DNA of 64,000 nucleotides from Styela clava (taxonomy: Eukaryota). Shown piece after piece: positions 11,038 through 22,148 of this stretch (within the stretch, counting starts at the first letter, position 1; each line of letters opens with the position of its first letter). The stretch covers positions 15,252,001 through 15,316,000 of the forward strand of contig NC_135254.1 in the NCBI RefSeq assembly GCF_964204865.1. The letters are read 5' to 3'. Made by a program: the position numbers and the translations under genes. A model generated the notes under the pieces. That model was not told the origin of the DNA and did not search any database. It saw nothing but the letters and a program-made list of their open reading frames with translations.

Positions 11038-14000
11038 ATGCGAATGGTCTGCACACGGATGGTAAGCGTCGGCAATTGTTTATATATGACGAATGTACAA
11101 AACTTGATTTTTTAATTGATTCAGGTGCTGCTATAAGTGTTTTACCTTTTTCGAAATTCAATTCTACTAGCAGGCACGCAACACATGAACTTCAAGCTGT
11201 TAATGGTACTCGTATTTCTACATTTGGAGATAAAACTTTGAATTTGAAATTACGACAGCACAAGACAATGCCATGGACTTTTACAATTGCTGACGTAAAT
11301 ATGCCTGTGTTGGGTAGCGATTTCTTAACTAATTATGGACTTATACTTGATTTTAAAAATCGCTTACTAATTGATCCATCTAGCACGACGAACGAGATGA
11401 AGCAAAATACAATGACTTTGGTAGCGGCAAACATCGCCTCAGGCATCAACAAGGACAATCGTTACGTTCAAATATTGAAAGAATTTCCTTCAATACTACG
11501 AGAAACAATCAATCCACTTACAACAAAACATGATGTGAGGCATTCAATTACTACAACTGGATTGCCGGTGAGAAGTAAAGTTCATAGATTACCACAGATG
11601 AAATATACAGCAGCCAAAGAACAATTTTCCAAACTCTTGAAACAAGGTATTATCTCACCATCTACAAGTGAGTGGGGTAGCCCTATTACGGTTGTTTTGA
11701 AGAAAAATGGAGACATTCATAAAACTGACTCATACAGAATTTGTGGAAATTATAAAAACCTCAATATACAAACAAAAAAGGACACATACCCAATACCAAA
11801 CATCCAGTCCTTCACTAATGAAATCCATGGATCGGAAATTTTTACGAAGGTTGACTTGCGATCTGCTTATCATCAAGTTCCGATGAAATCCGAAGACATG
11901 GACAAAACAACGGTAGTTACACCTTTTGGCGCATTTCGATATCACGTGACTCCATATGGCACTAAAAATTCAGGTTCAACATTTCAAAGACTCATCGATA
12001 TGGTAATCCGCAACATTCCAAATGTTTTTGCTTATGTCGATGATATTTTGGTATTTTCCAAATCACCGGAAGAACACGAAGAGCATCTCAGACAACTTTT
12101 TCAAAGATTACACGACTACGGTCTAATAATTAATTTCGACAAATGTCTGTTTGGAGTACCTGAATTAACATTTCTTGGATATCATGTGAATAATAAAGGA
12201 ATACGGCCTATCAAATCAAAGGTAAATGCTTTACGGAACTACCCTCGTCCGAAAACCAAACGACAGCTACGTGCTTACTTGGGAATGTACACTTTCTACC
12301 AAAAATGTTTACCTCATTGTGCTAACATATTGGCTCCACTTCATAAAATGTGCTCTCATTACTCGAACAAGTATCAGAAAATTACTTGGACCAAAGAACA
12401 TGACGAAGCTTTTGAAAAATCGAAAAATGCATTGAGTGATTTTGCATTATTAAACCACCCAGACCCAGAAGCAGAAATATCTCTTGCGGTGGACGCTTCA
12501 GGAGATTCGATTGGAAGTGTATTACAACAAAAGAGAAATAATCAATGGGAACCATTAGGATTTTTCTCAAAATCGTTAAACCCAGCCCAACGGAAATATT
12601 CTACTTTTGATCGGGAACTACTGGCTGCTTATCTGAGTGTCAAACATTTTCGATATGATTTGGAAGGACGTTCGTTTTTCATCCTCTCTGACCATAAACC
12701 ATTGACGTATGCCCTACACAAAAGTGCTGAAAGATCATCTCCACGACAAGTTCGTCATCTCGATTTTATAAGTCAATACACAAATGACATGAGATATATT
12801 GCTGGAAGCAGTAATGTGGTAGCCGATGCTTTGTCTAGAGCGACAATTGCCGCATTCTCACACTTGCCTACAACTCTAACCTTGTCTGACATCGCTTTGG
12901 AACAACGTAAGGATCCGGACATTCAAAACCTGTACAATGAACCTAAAAGCATGGAATTACGATTTGTGAAACTTAGTGACGATTTACATCTACTATGCGA
13001 TTCAAAACTATCAACACTACGCCCAGTTATTCCGAAGAAATTTCGAAAACGTATATTCGATACGAATCATCAATTAAGTCACCCTGGAATTCGAGCAACT
13101 CAAGATCTTATTCAAGCAAGATATATTTGGCCAAACATGAACATTGACATCAGGAAAATGTGCCGAGCGTGTATTCCATGCCAATCATGTAAAATTCAAA
13201 GGCACACGATCTCACCTTTGCAAACTATCGTAACTCCAGACGAAAGATTCTACCATATCAACATTGACATTGCTGGACCTTTACCACCATCTAACGGATA
13301 TAATTATATACTCCTCATTGTGGACAAATTTTCGAGATGGGTGGAAGCTATTCCTATCAAAGACATAACATCTGAAACGGTAGTTAAAACATTTTTTCTG
13401 TTCTGGATTTCTAAATATGGCGTACCTGCAATCATCACCAGTGACCGTGGAGGTTGCTTTCAAAGTGTTCTATGGCAAGAAGCAATGCAATTTCTCGGTT
13501 CTCAACACATTTCAACCACTAGCTATCACCCAGCCTCAAACGCAGCTGTTGAAAGACAAATACGACAATTAAAAGCATCTCTGATGACTCACTGCCGGAA
13601 TACTGCAGATTGGTATCAAAACTTGGGTTTAGTTCTACTTGGCATGCGAACTGCCATTAAACAGGACTTAGGATACAGTAGCGCCGAACTACTTTATGGA
13701 ACACCATTGAAATTGCCTGGAGAATTTTTCTCGACCAACCAACCGGGTATCAACACTAACCCTCAGGCGTTTATGAAACGCTTGAGCAGTTTCATCAATA
13801 AGTTGAAACCAATCCAACCGAGAACACCTCTAAATAGAAAGACATTCTTATCACCAGAATTGAATACTTGCAGTCACATCTTTCTACGTGTTGACGCAGT
13901 TAGAAGACCACTGGTACCACCTTATCAAGGACCTTTTCGTGTTATACAAAAATACGACAAGTTTTTTAAGATTGATTTTAAAGGCAAACCTACCACTGTT

Positions 14001-14267
14001 TCTATTGATAGAGTTAAGCCGGCTCATGAAGAAATTTTCACTCCCGATACTCAGGACATTTCTAATTCAAATACCCCAACTCTTGAATCTGACGTACTAA
14101 TACACAGATATAACGTACCAATATCAACCGATATTGACGACTCTTTACTTATTACGCAGAACGAGGAAACTAATAGCAATCAACAAGGTTCAGGATCAAT
14201 ACAATCAAGGACTCGACACGGAAGGACAACTAGACCGCCACAGAGAGACGATTATGTTTACTATTAA
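11001..14267 (+). CDS. pol: Pol polyprotein (protease, RT, RNase H, integrase) in the -1 frame relative to gag
   Basis: LIDSGA protease; YVDD RT; DAS/ELLA/SDH/ADALSR RNase H; HHCC, D-D-E and GPF integrase motifs. The frame is open from 11001 (after TAA 10998-11000) and overlaps the gag end. Confidence 0.97.
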   Translation, partial: TPKRKCHSIKTLNANGLHTDGKRRQLFIYDECTKLDFLIDSGAAISVLPFSKFNSTSRHATHELQAVNGTRISTFGDKTLNLKLRQHKTMPWTFTIADVNMPVLGSDFLTNYGLILDFKNRLLIDPSSTTNEMKQNTMTLVAANIASGINKDNRYVQILKEFPSILRETINPLTTKHDVRHSITTTGLPVRSKVHRLPQMKYTAAKEQFSKLLKQGIISPSTSEWGSPITVVLKKNGDIHKTDSYRICGNYKNLNIQTKKDTYPIPNIQSFTNEIHGSEIFTKVDLRSAYHQVPMKSEDMDKTTVVTPFGAFRYHVTPYGTKNSGSTFQRLIDMVIRNIPNVFAYVDDILVFSKSPEEHEEHLRQLFQRLHDYGLIINFDKCLFGVPELTFLGYHVNNKGIRPIKSKVNALRNYPRPKTKRQLRAYLGMYTFYQKCLPHCANILAPLHKMCSHYSNKYQKITWTKEHDEAFEKSKNALSDFALLNHPDPEAEISLAVDASGDSIGSVLQQKRNNQWEPLGFFSKSLNPAQRKYSTFDRELLAAYLSVKHFRYDLEGRSFFILSDHKPLTYALHKSAERSSPRQVRHLDFISQYTNDMRYIAGSSNVVADALSRATIAAFSHLPTTLTLSDIALEQRKDPDIQNLYNEPKSMELRFVKLSDDLHLLCDSKLSTLRPVIPKKFRKRIFDTNHQLSHPGIRATQDLIQARYIWPNMNIDIRKMCRACIPCQSCKIQRHTISPLQTIVTPDERFYHINIDIAGPLPPSNGYNYILLIVDKFSRWVEAIPIKDITSETVVKTFFLFWISKYGVPAIITSDRGGCFQSVLWQEAMQFLGSQHISTTSYHPASNAAVERQIRQLKASLMTHCRNTADWYQNLGLVLLGMRTAIKQDLGYSSAELLYGTPLKLPGEFFSTNQPGINTNPQAFMKRLSSFINKLKPIQPRTPLNRKTFLSPELNTCSHIFLRVDAVRRPLVPPYQGPFRVIQKYDKFFKIDFKGKPTTVSIDRVKPAHEEIFTPDTQDISNSNTPTLESDVLIHRYNVPISTDIDDSLLITQNEETNSNQQGSGSIQSRTRHGRTTRPPQRDDYVYY
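11004..11070 (+). promoter_or_regulatory. -1 ribosomal frameshift signal (slippery heptamer plus predicted pseudoknot)
   Basis: C CCA AAC at 11004-11010 in the gag frame. Stem CCATTCG 11018-11024 pairs with CGAATGG 11041-11047, and loop GACGCT 11030-11035 is complementary to AGCGTC 11065-11070. Confidence 0.8.
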
Positions 14268-16200
14268 GTGCCTCGCAATCTGTATGTATCTTTTTGTTTA
14301 TTCGTCTAGTCTGCCATTTAAATCTGCTTTACCAACTCCAACAGTTACAGTAAACCTATGCCACCCCAATAGACCCAAAGCTGAATACTTTATTCAGAAG
14401 CCCAATAATTGTACTAAGGAGACACCCCAAACCATTAAGCAATGCTCTGTTACGGTACATGAATTATCTTCTAGCTATACAAATATTACTTTATATGTAT
14501 GTCAGAAATCTGCTACTAAATGGTCTAGTCATTATTTTTTCTTTGGTGCACATTCGAGTAAACTGACTTCTACCATGATAGAACCACCCACCCCTTTATA
14601 TTGTGAAGATTGGGTACACACGTTAAAAGCTGATAATATTGGAGATTTAGAACCCACTTCCCCAGATACTTGGTCCACTCAAAACAAGGCAAAAGTTACT
14701 TATAGTTGGCCATCCTCTAGACACGGACAAGTGATCAATGCTCATTTGTCTCGTATTCAAATTTCGTATGATCCTTTTCATGGGGTAATGTTAGGTGCTT
14801 TCCCTTCAATTTCCACCTGCAACATATTAACTGGGTCATGCACGTTAGGAAGTCAAACTTTAATTTGGAAACACCATCCTTTAATTGATTGCCCTCAATA
14901 CCAAACAACTGTTACTGAACTTATTTTACATTATAATTCTTCTAATCAGATTTACCGCTTAGATTTTCCAAAACTTGGGCAATCAATCCATAACTGGGGT
15001 TCATGTGGCAAGTCAGTTAAAAGATGTTTTAAGTCTGATACTTTTTGTACCAATAATGGTTTGTTATTCGAAACGCAACAATGCATTGCACTTGATGGTT
15101 CATCCCTTTTTACTCTTAAATATCCCGCCTTTAATTACGATTATACTGTGAAGAATTTTTCAGAATCTTCTCCTCTAATTGGGTTTATTCAAGAAAGCAC
15201 TGATAGGGTTTCCGAGGTAATAAACAAATTGACAGCAGATATTAATTATTTGGAATGCCAAATTGAAAGCATTCTAACCACTAATATTAAACTCCTGTCT
15301 AAACAATACCCCGGTAAGATCCTAAGTCAGTTACTAGGTGGGAACAGAGCAGCTATCACCGTGGGTGATATATTGACCGAAATTGAATGCCAACGTATTA
15401 ACGTTACCGTTCTTAGGAACCTCTTTTTACAGGGTAAATATGCTACCCGACCTTTAGTGCACTTTATTAATAATAGCAATGAAACGATCATTGCACAAAT
15501 ATTCCCTGATTCTAACGCTTATGTGGGTATTCATTTTTTTGAAAATTATACGCCTGGTCGTATATTTACGTTTCAAATTGACGGTCGGTTCTATAACTAC
15601 GTCAATTATACTTTAAATCATGCGGATATGCATGTAAAATTTCTGAGACCCACATTCAAGCCTTTTGTCGACAATTTTAATCCTATCGATTACAACGAAG
15701 CATATAACGAATTACCAAGGGGACACCAGGGTTATGATGATATTAATAATATGTTATTATCAATCAGCCACATTAACCTTATTCGAGAACGAATATTAAG
15801 TGAGCAAACCCTAACTAATGCAGATAGCACATCAGACACTGATACTGATGCTATCTCACATGAAGTGCAAGACACTTTTGTTCATGCCCTCTCCTTCATT
15901 AAGACGTCAATTTTATCAGGTATTTATATGCTCTTATTCCATTTATCTCTCATTTGGGCCACTATTTGGACCGTTTGTTTTATCAAGAAACTTTGCCCAA
16001 AACTGAGAGATCAAGGACTTCCTAGAATACAACGGCTTCGGCAATACTTGGCTGCTCGCAGGGAACAAGTGAACCCTGTTGAACCACCTCAACCTCTTGT
16101 GCAAAACAATAGACAAGATCAGGGGGGTCAAATCTATCAATCTAGACCAAATCCCAATAATAGATCAAATTCGAACTTATACCCTAGTCTGGCAGACTAG
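14254..16200 (+). CDS. env: Envelope glycoprotein, class III fusion (herpes gB-like), 648 aa
   Basis: ATG 14254 starts a signal-peptide-like MFTIKCLAICMYLFVYSSS. The ectodomain is Cys-rich with N-glycosylation sequons and gB-like motifs YPGKILSQLLG..RAAITVGDILTEIEC and GKYATRPLVHF. It ends with TM ILSGIYMLLFHLSLIWATIWTVCFI and a cytoplasmic tail. Confidence 0.88.
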   Translation: MFTIKCLAICMYLFVYSSSLPFKSALPTPTVTVNLCHPNRPKAEYFIQKPNNCTKETPQTIKQCSVTVHELSSSYTNITLYVCQKSATKWSSHYFFFGAHSSKLTSTMIEPPTPLYCEDWVHTLKADNIGDLEPTSPDTWSTQNKAKVTYSWPSSRHGQVINAHLSRIQISYDPFHGVMLGAFPSISTCNILTGSCTLGSQTLIWKHHPLIDCPQYQTTVTELILHYNSSNQIYRLDFPKLGQSIHNWGSCGKSVKRCFKSDTFCTNNGLLFETQQCIALDGSSLFTLKYPAFNYDYTVKNFSESSPLIGFIQESTDRVSEVINKLTADINYLECQIESILTTNIKLLSKQYPGKILSQLLGGNRAAITVGDILTEIECQRINVTVLRNLFLQGKYATRPLVHFINNSNETIIAQIFPDSNAYVGIHFFENYTPGRIFTFQIDGRFYNYVNYTLNHADMHVKFLRPTFKPFVDNFNPIDYNEAYNELPRGHQGYDDINNMLLSISHINLIRERILSEQTLTNADSTSDTDTDAISHEVQDTFVHALSFIKTSILSGIYMLLFHLSLIWATIWTVCFIKKLCPKLRDQGLPRIQRLRQYLAARREQVNPVEPPQPLVQNNRQDQGGQIYQSRPNPNNRSNSNLYPSLAD

Positions 16201-16476
16201 TCGAATAGCAATGCTCATATTGTACATATATATTATACTTTAACATAATTTCTTTCTAACATGTGTTTTACGAAGAATTAAATACTTCGTGCATTTACAT
16301 CAATACCTATAACAATAATATACCTCATGTATAACTATCTCAGGAATAACTATATTTAATCTATCTTTATACAGCTTAAAATTTATTTTTTATTTTTAGT
16401 TGAATTTCATGAAAACAGCACGTCATTTCCGCCTTCTCAGCCCAAATTGCATCCTTAGAATTCTCCGAACTCCTGC

Positions 16477-16483
16477 GGGGGAG
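16477..16483 (+). other. Polypurine tract
   Basis: GGGGGAG 3 nt upstream of the 3' LTR. Confidence 0.8.
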
Positions 16484-16486
16484 TTA

Positions 16487-17214
16487 TGTAGCCAATTAGT
16501 TGTTATGTAACTACAAAACTACACCAAATTGGCCCAATTCGTGAGAAACTCATGAAAACCAAAATTAATTATTCCCGTTATAGCAATTATCAATTTCTCA
16601 AAATCCAATTTCAAGATTTAATAGCCTTTCGGTGCCATCCCATGTGAAAATAAAATTTATTTCCAGTAATATTCCAATAACGTAAATTCGAAATATCTTG
16701 TTAAAACCAAATTATCCACTTGAGAACAATTTTTTACATCTCATAATTGGAGTAAGTACGTGACCAGGAACACGGTGACTTGGCAATAACAAGTTAATTG
16801 CTAGTAATGAACTTCAAGAAAACACTTTTAATAATGTTTGATTATAGTGAACCGAAAGCTAACCAGAAACCGGAATGACGCGTGATTCTTTAATCGTTAA
16901 TGTAAAAATCTGTTTCTTTATTCTATTTTAATTGCTTGGTAGAAAGCTATATATTCAGCAATGTGTTTTGTGTTAATCAGACTAGATTTGATCAAATTGT
17001 GTGTACATTGTATTTCTGTATATATTGTCGGAATTGCAATAAACTCATAAGGTGTTTTCAAACGTCTCCTTACTACAGCCGAAGGCTATCGACAGATAGA
17101 CAGTTCGAATTAACGAACGCAAGACAAAACTATTGTCAGTCAATGCTGGGGTTATAACACATAAACCAGACCAATCTACAAACAATCTATGTGTAGTGGT
17201 AACTAATCACTATA
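16487..17214 (+). repeat. 3' LTR (728 bp)
   Basis: Follows the PPT, matches the 5' LTR for 708 bp, then continues AGTGGTAACTAATCACTATA before the CCAC duplication. The exact end is ambiguous by 2 nt because TACCAC also matches on both flanks. Confidence 0.9.
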
Positions 17215-17371
17215 CCACCACTATAGGAAATTAGTGCTAGCGTCACAGCCATTTTCAGCGCGTGTTTCGAGACTTGGTGTTCCAGTTGTTTGGTTGTTCT
17301 GACACCTATTCCTGTATTCTGTTGGCTTGGCGCGTTGGCTCAGTTGAATATTTCGGAAATAAAACACCACT

Positions 17372-17671
17372 ATGGCAGAAAGGAAGAAAAAGGAGAGCAT
17401 TTTAGACCTTTCAAAATATTTGGATCGACCTATAAGGGTTAAATTTCACGGCGGACGAGAGGCAACAGGAGTTTTGAAAGGATTTGACCCACTTTTAAAT
17501 CTTGTACTGGACAGTACCACAGAGTTTCTTCGGGATCCAGATGATCCATACAAACTCACAGAAGATACAAGACAGCTTGGACTGACTGTATGTCGAGGAA
17601 CAAATGTTGTTTTGATATGTCCACAGGATGGCATGGAAGCAATTCCCAATCCCTTTGTTCAACATGAGTGA
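17372..17671 (+). CDS. LSM7: U6 snRNA-associated Sm-like protein LSm7 (intronless CDS)
   Basis: KKKESILDLSKY.D..IRVKF.GGREA.GVLKGFDPLLNLVLD...TRQLGL.VCRGT.VVLICPQDGMEAIPNPF is near-identical to known LSm7. Confidence 0.97.
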   Translation: MAERKKKESILDLSKYLDRPIRVKFHGGREATGVLKGFDPLLNLVLDSTTEFLRDPDDPYKLTEDTRQLGLTVCRGTNVVLICPQDGMEAIPNPFVQHE

Positions 17672-18486
17672 CACCCTTGCATTTACAGTCATCACTGCAT
17701 CACTATACTGTCTGGCAGATTGGAAGGGTTGCAACCCTGTACATCATGCATTAGTTGAAAGTACTTTGGATCTTGTTGCATTGACCATTATCAGAATATA
17801 GTGTACTGAAATAATCGAACTGCGAAGTTAGATCAGTAATGCGGTATTGTGTTTCAGCATTTTGCTGTTTTGTTGGGCTAAGCTGCTTTTGACATCTTTA
17901 ATATTAAGCTCAAATGACTGTAGGAATTTTTGAGCGCTGCTGTAAGTCAAATTAAATTTTGACCCGGTATTTTAATTTGTGCATGGTGAGTTACAATAGA
18001 TATCAAAAGTCTGTTTAATTTGGAATTAGTAAATAGTGCTGTGAATGGTAATATTTATTTGGATGCCAAGCCTTATGTTGTCTGCTATTTATTGAGTTAT
18101 CTGAAGTATATAACTTATATGTAAATATCAGCTTTTAGGGCAGCAGTAGTCACTTGCAACGGCTGAGATGAAATAAAATTGATAACATTAATGGCCTATT
18201 ATTTGAACAGGATTATTATGCACAATCATGCTTTATTTCCAGGGTCATGCAGTCTTGTTGATGTTACATCAGAATGTTTACATGCTGTCATTAATCTCTT
18301 GAGGATTAAATAATGAATAAACTTCTAATACCTTAATTGTGTTTTCCGATCGAACCTGTCTTTCTCAATATTTCCATTTCATGCTTATAACATTTTTCTA
18401 TGATTTTTTTTAAAATTAGTTCATCAGTTTTTTACTTCTCGATTACTATTCAACTTTCTTGAAGTATTTTTTATACTATTTGTGGA

Positions 18487-21400
18487 ATGCTCATCAGCTC
18501 AGCAAGTAGCAAAAAAACAAAATCTATAAATCATGTTCTTGGAGAATCGAAATATATTCTGGCTCCTATGGTTGACCAGAGTGAGCTGGCATGGCGAATT
18601 TTAGCGAGAAAATATGGAGCACAATTATGTTTTACACCAATGTTTAATGCAAATGTAATATTAAAAGACTTAACATATCGCAAAAAGGTGAGACATATTT
18701 GATTTGTTTTATTAGCCGATGATAAACAATCAACTTTTAAAGTTTGCTGTATTTAGGTGTTGAAGGACCTTTCCTGTGAAGAAGACCGGCCATTGATAGT
18801 CCAATTTTGTGCAAATACCCCAGAACAGCTATTGGAAGCCGCAAAAATAGTTCAACCTTTCTGTGATGCAATTGATCTCAACCTTGGTTGTCCTCAACAC
18901 ATTGCAAGACGCGGTGAGTAGAAATTGATTTAATAGCAGGGTTAAATCAGGTTGAAGTTCACTGTCTGATTCAATGGCTGTAATTGTCAAAGACGTTTTT
19001 GTTTTCGGAAAAAAACTACATGTTTTGTAAAAAAATAGTCCTCGTTTACATTTTTATTTGCATTTTTTGTATCGAAAATAGCTTAATATAGCTCGATTTT
19101 ATTGTAATGTAATGACACTATAATTTAATCTTTATAATATATGTTTGCTTTTCATCGCAAAATCCTTCTTATCAAAAATTTTGCACAGTCGAAGCAACCT
19201 GTCATTGATTTTGAATGTGTAGGATATAGCTAAAACAGTAGATATATCCTATTTTTTCACCTTAACCAAACCAGCTAAATCCTTCTCAATCCCTTTTTCT
19301 AGATTCAATATTATTGCATATTCTATTTATATACAACAGGTCATTTTGGTGCGTTCTTACAAGACAGTTGGGAGTTGCTACACAAAATGATTTATGCTGC
19401 TAACGATGTGCTTGATATCCCGGTTACAGCAAAAATCAGAATCTTCCCAGAGGTCAGTGGAAATTGACAAAGCATGATTTAATTTAAAAAATTGTCAAAG
19501 TTCAAGCTAGTTTGCTTTTAATCTGTTAGCCTTGTGTTTGAGAAAAAGAATATCTACTTTAAGTGTCTGTGGTACGGTATGTAAGAGATTTTTAATATGA
19601 TTGCTATTCTCGCTGTTCACTCTGAACATTGTCCTGTACTATTAACTTGTGGCATGCGAGCATACAACAGTGGTTTTCAACCTTTTTGGTGGAGTGACAC
19701 CATGTAACATTTCAAAGACTTTAGGACCCCCTGTACAATAGTTCAATTGTCTAAATTGTACAGACTATGAATCTATATAAGAGCAAATCTAATAATCACA
19801 AAACAAAATGATCTCTAAAGTGTAGAAAATTTATTAGAAGTGTCGAGCATTCGGTTTTGTAAAATACGATTTTTTTAAACTATTTTGAATTCTCATGAAT
19901 TTCTTTGATACCGAAGGTGGAGAAAACTGTAGCTTATGCAAAAATGTTGGAATCTGCCGGATGTAGTATGTTATCAGTACATGGTAGAACTATTGAGCAG
20001 AAAGGAATAATGACTGGTTTGGCTGATTGGAATCAAGTGAAAGAAGTGAAGTAAGTTTTTATCTTTAGCTATGGATCTACAAAAGTAGTTTTCCTATCAA
20101 TTTCTCATTGGTTATACAATCAATCAAGATGAATTATGACACAAATTTTTTTCACAAATGTCATTCATACCCCAGATACTTTTCTAAATTGCAATTTATT
20201 TTCAAATATTCCAGGAAAAATTTACAAATTCCTGTGATATCAAATGGAAACATCCAAAATTTAGAAGACATACATCAATGTATTGAACAAACAGGAGTAG
20301 ATGGTGTTATGGTGGCGGAGTCCCATTTATCCAATCCTTGTATATTTATTGGTAAGTTCAGGCGTTTTTATGTTGTTCAATTTAATTCCAAGAATATAGT
20401 TCAATATTGACTTTTGAAAGATGTTATTCTCAATGTTCAGCAAGCAAATTTTAATCAGTTATATCGTATTTCTAACATTTCCTGTTAACGTGGTTTAAAT
20501 TTAAAGTAATATTTATTGCTATCGAGGTTTTTCATTCATCTATCAGACAAGAGTTGATGTGAAACTTTGAACGTTATTTGAACTAAAATTTTAGCATATG
20601 TTCATGCTCTAACTAGATTCATTTATGTTCATTTTTTCTTTTCGTTTACAGGAGAAAATCCTAGTGTGTATAAGATGACAAAAGAGTATCTTGCCCTTGT
20701 TCGGATCCATCAATGTCCCATCAGTTTTGTGAGATCCCATCTTTTCAAGCTATGGGTTCATACTTTGAAAGTAACATTTATATATCTGTATTATCTTATG
20801 TGGAATACCTTTATATTCTGCCTCAAACAATTTGGTCTGTAAAGTTGTATCGACTTCCTTATTGCATCCACTCAAAAACTGTGAATAAAACTTGACTATA
20901 TTTGTGATTGTAAATTTTTGATGGTAGAAATATTTTCATTTGAACATTTGTCATATATAACATTTGATATCTGATTCTTTGACAAAAATTTGACTTTGAC
21001 CGAAATTAGAAAATCATTTGAAATAAATAATGGGTATTTTAACCAATTTTGTTATTAAAATCAGTTTCTATGAATACTAAATGATCTGTGCATCCTTCGT
21101 TGAATATGACCCAATTTTGGAAATTTTCTAAATTAAAAATATTTAGGATGTATTTGGCATAGTATATGATTCTGCTTCAGTCATGTCATGATATGTGACA
21201 TTTTTAACTTCATTTTAAAACTTTTTTCTACAGGTCTATCCCGACTTCCAATTAGCACTCGGTAGGGCACAAAATCTTGATGACATGGAAAATATAAATG
21301 ATGAGATCAACCAAGCTTGTCAGGTTTGTATTAATTCACAATTTGTTCAGACGTTCACGTAAGAAAAAACTGAAAATGTTCAATATCATTCACCTTAAAT

Positions 21401-21882
21401 GAATTCATTTTAATTTCCAAATTTTTTTATAACTTTAATTTTCAATATAGGAGGATGATGAAGCTTGTCCAATCACTGTAAATGGTTTTCCTCACTATGT
21501 TTGTCAACCTTATGTAAGGTAGGTATTACTTTTATGTCAGATATATGTATCATCCTTACCTGATACATTGCTTATTATTATTGCTTGGGGGATTCATGGT
21601 CACAATGTCAGGGGCTGATAGAGTTGATACAATATTTTTCTGGTTAACTGGTTAATGTTTCAATCTCACAACAATGCCATTATGTCAATTATTGCTGTGA
21701 GATTATTTGGAAAAATCTGCAGAATCTGTGAAATACCATTGCACAACTCAGATCTTTGATCAAACACTTTTTGCTTTTACATTTTTTCTCTGTTTTAAAA
21801 CTACCGGTATGTTATTTTTAGAACTCGAAAGCATAAAGAAGAACAAGATGAAAGTGAAAATAAAACTGAAAGAGAGTTGTCT
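18487..21882 (+). CDS. DUS1L: tRNA-dihydrouridine(16/17) synthase DUS1-like moiety (exons 1-9 of a probable DUS1L-TRMT10B fusion)
   Basis: Exons 18487-18687, 18757-18913, 19340-19452, 19917-20050, 20215-20351, 20652-20770, 21234-21323, 21451-21518, 21822-21882, all GT-AG and phase-consistent. Motifs [48 protein letters not shown]. Confidence 0.93.
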
Positions 21883-21944
21883 GTGAGTATGGTTTCTGGC
21901 TTATGTAGTTCTTCTAAGACAATCGTAATACTTTTGTATACTAG

Positions 21945-22148
21945 ATTGGGAACAAAACTCCGTTTATGCTTACTGTAGCGATTCTCAAAGCCAGGAATTA
22001 TCCATATCAGCTTCCAAGAAGTTCCGCTCCAGATATCGACATGGAAGCTCTGTGTGAACCAGTATCCAATGAAAATTCTCGTAACAAAAAAACAGAATAC
22101 ACACGTTGCTCTTTCAGTGGTCCTATTCCTATCTTTTCCTCTATCTAG
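21945..22148 (+). CDS. Candidate alternative terminal exon giving a DUS1L-only isoform
   Basis: AG acceptor at 21943-21944 (62-nt intron), in phase with exon 9, open for 67 codons to TAG. AATAAA at 22318-22323. The peptide has no recognisable homology. Confidence 0.35.
   Translation: MGNKTPFMLTVAILKARNYPYQLPRSSAPDIDMEALCEPVSNENSRNKKTEYTRCSFSGPIPIFSSI

Larger units (their letters stand above)
9429..17214 (+). mobile_element. Ty3/Gypsy LTR retrotransposon (CsRn1-like clade) carrying an env gene
   Basis: Direct repeats 9429-10136 and 16487-17194 look identical over 708 bp. Termini are TGTAG...CTATA, with a CCAC target duplication at 9425-9428 and 17215-17218. A PPT and gag, pol (PR-RT-RH-IN order) and env ORFs are present. 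Confidence 0.97.

Noticed and set aside
14134-14253. N-terminal 40 aa of the 688-aa ORF call
   Set aside because: TTG start overlapping pol. The signal peptide begins at ATG 14254, although a spliced env start cannot be excluded.
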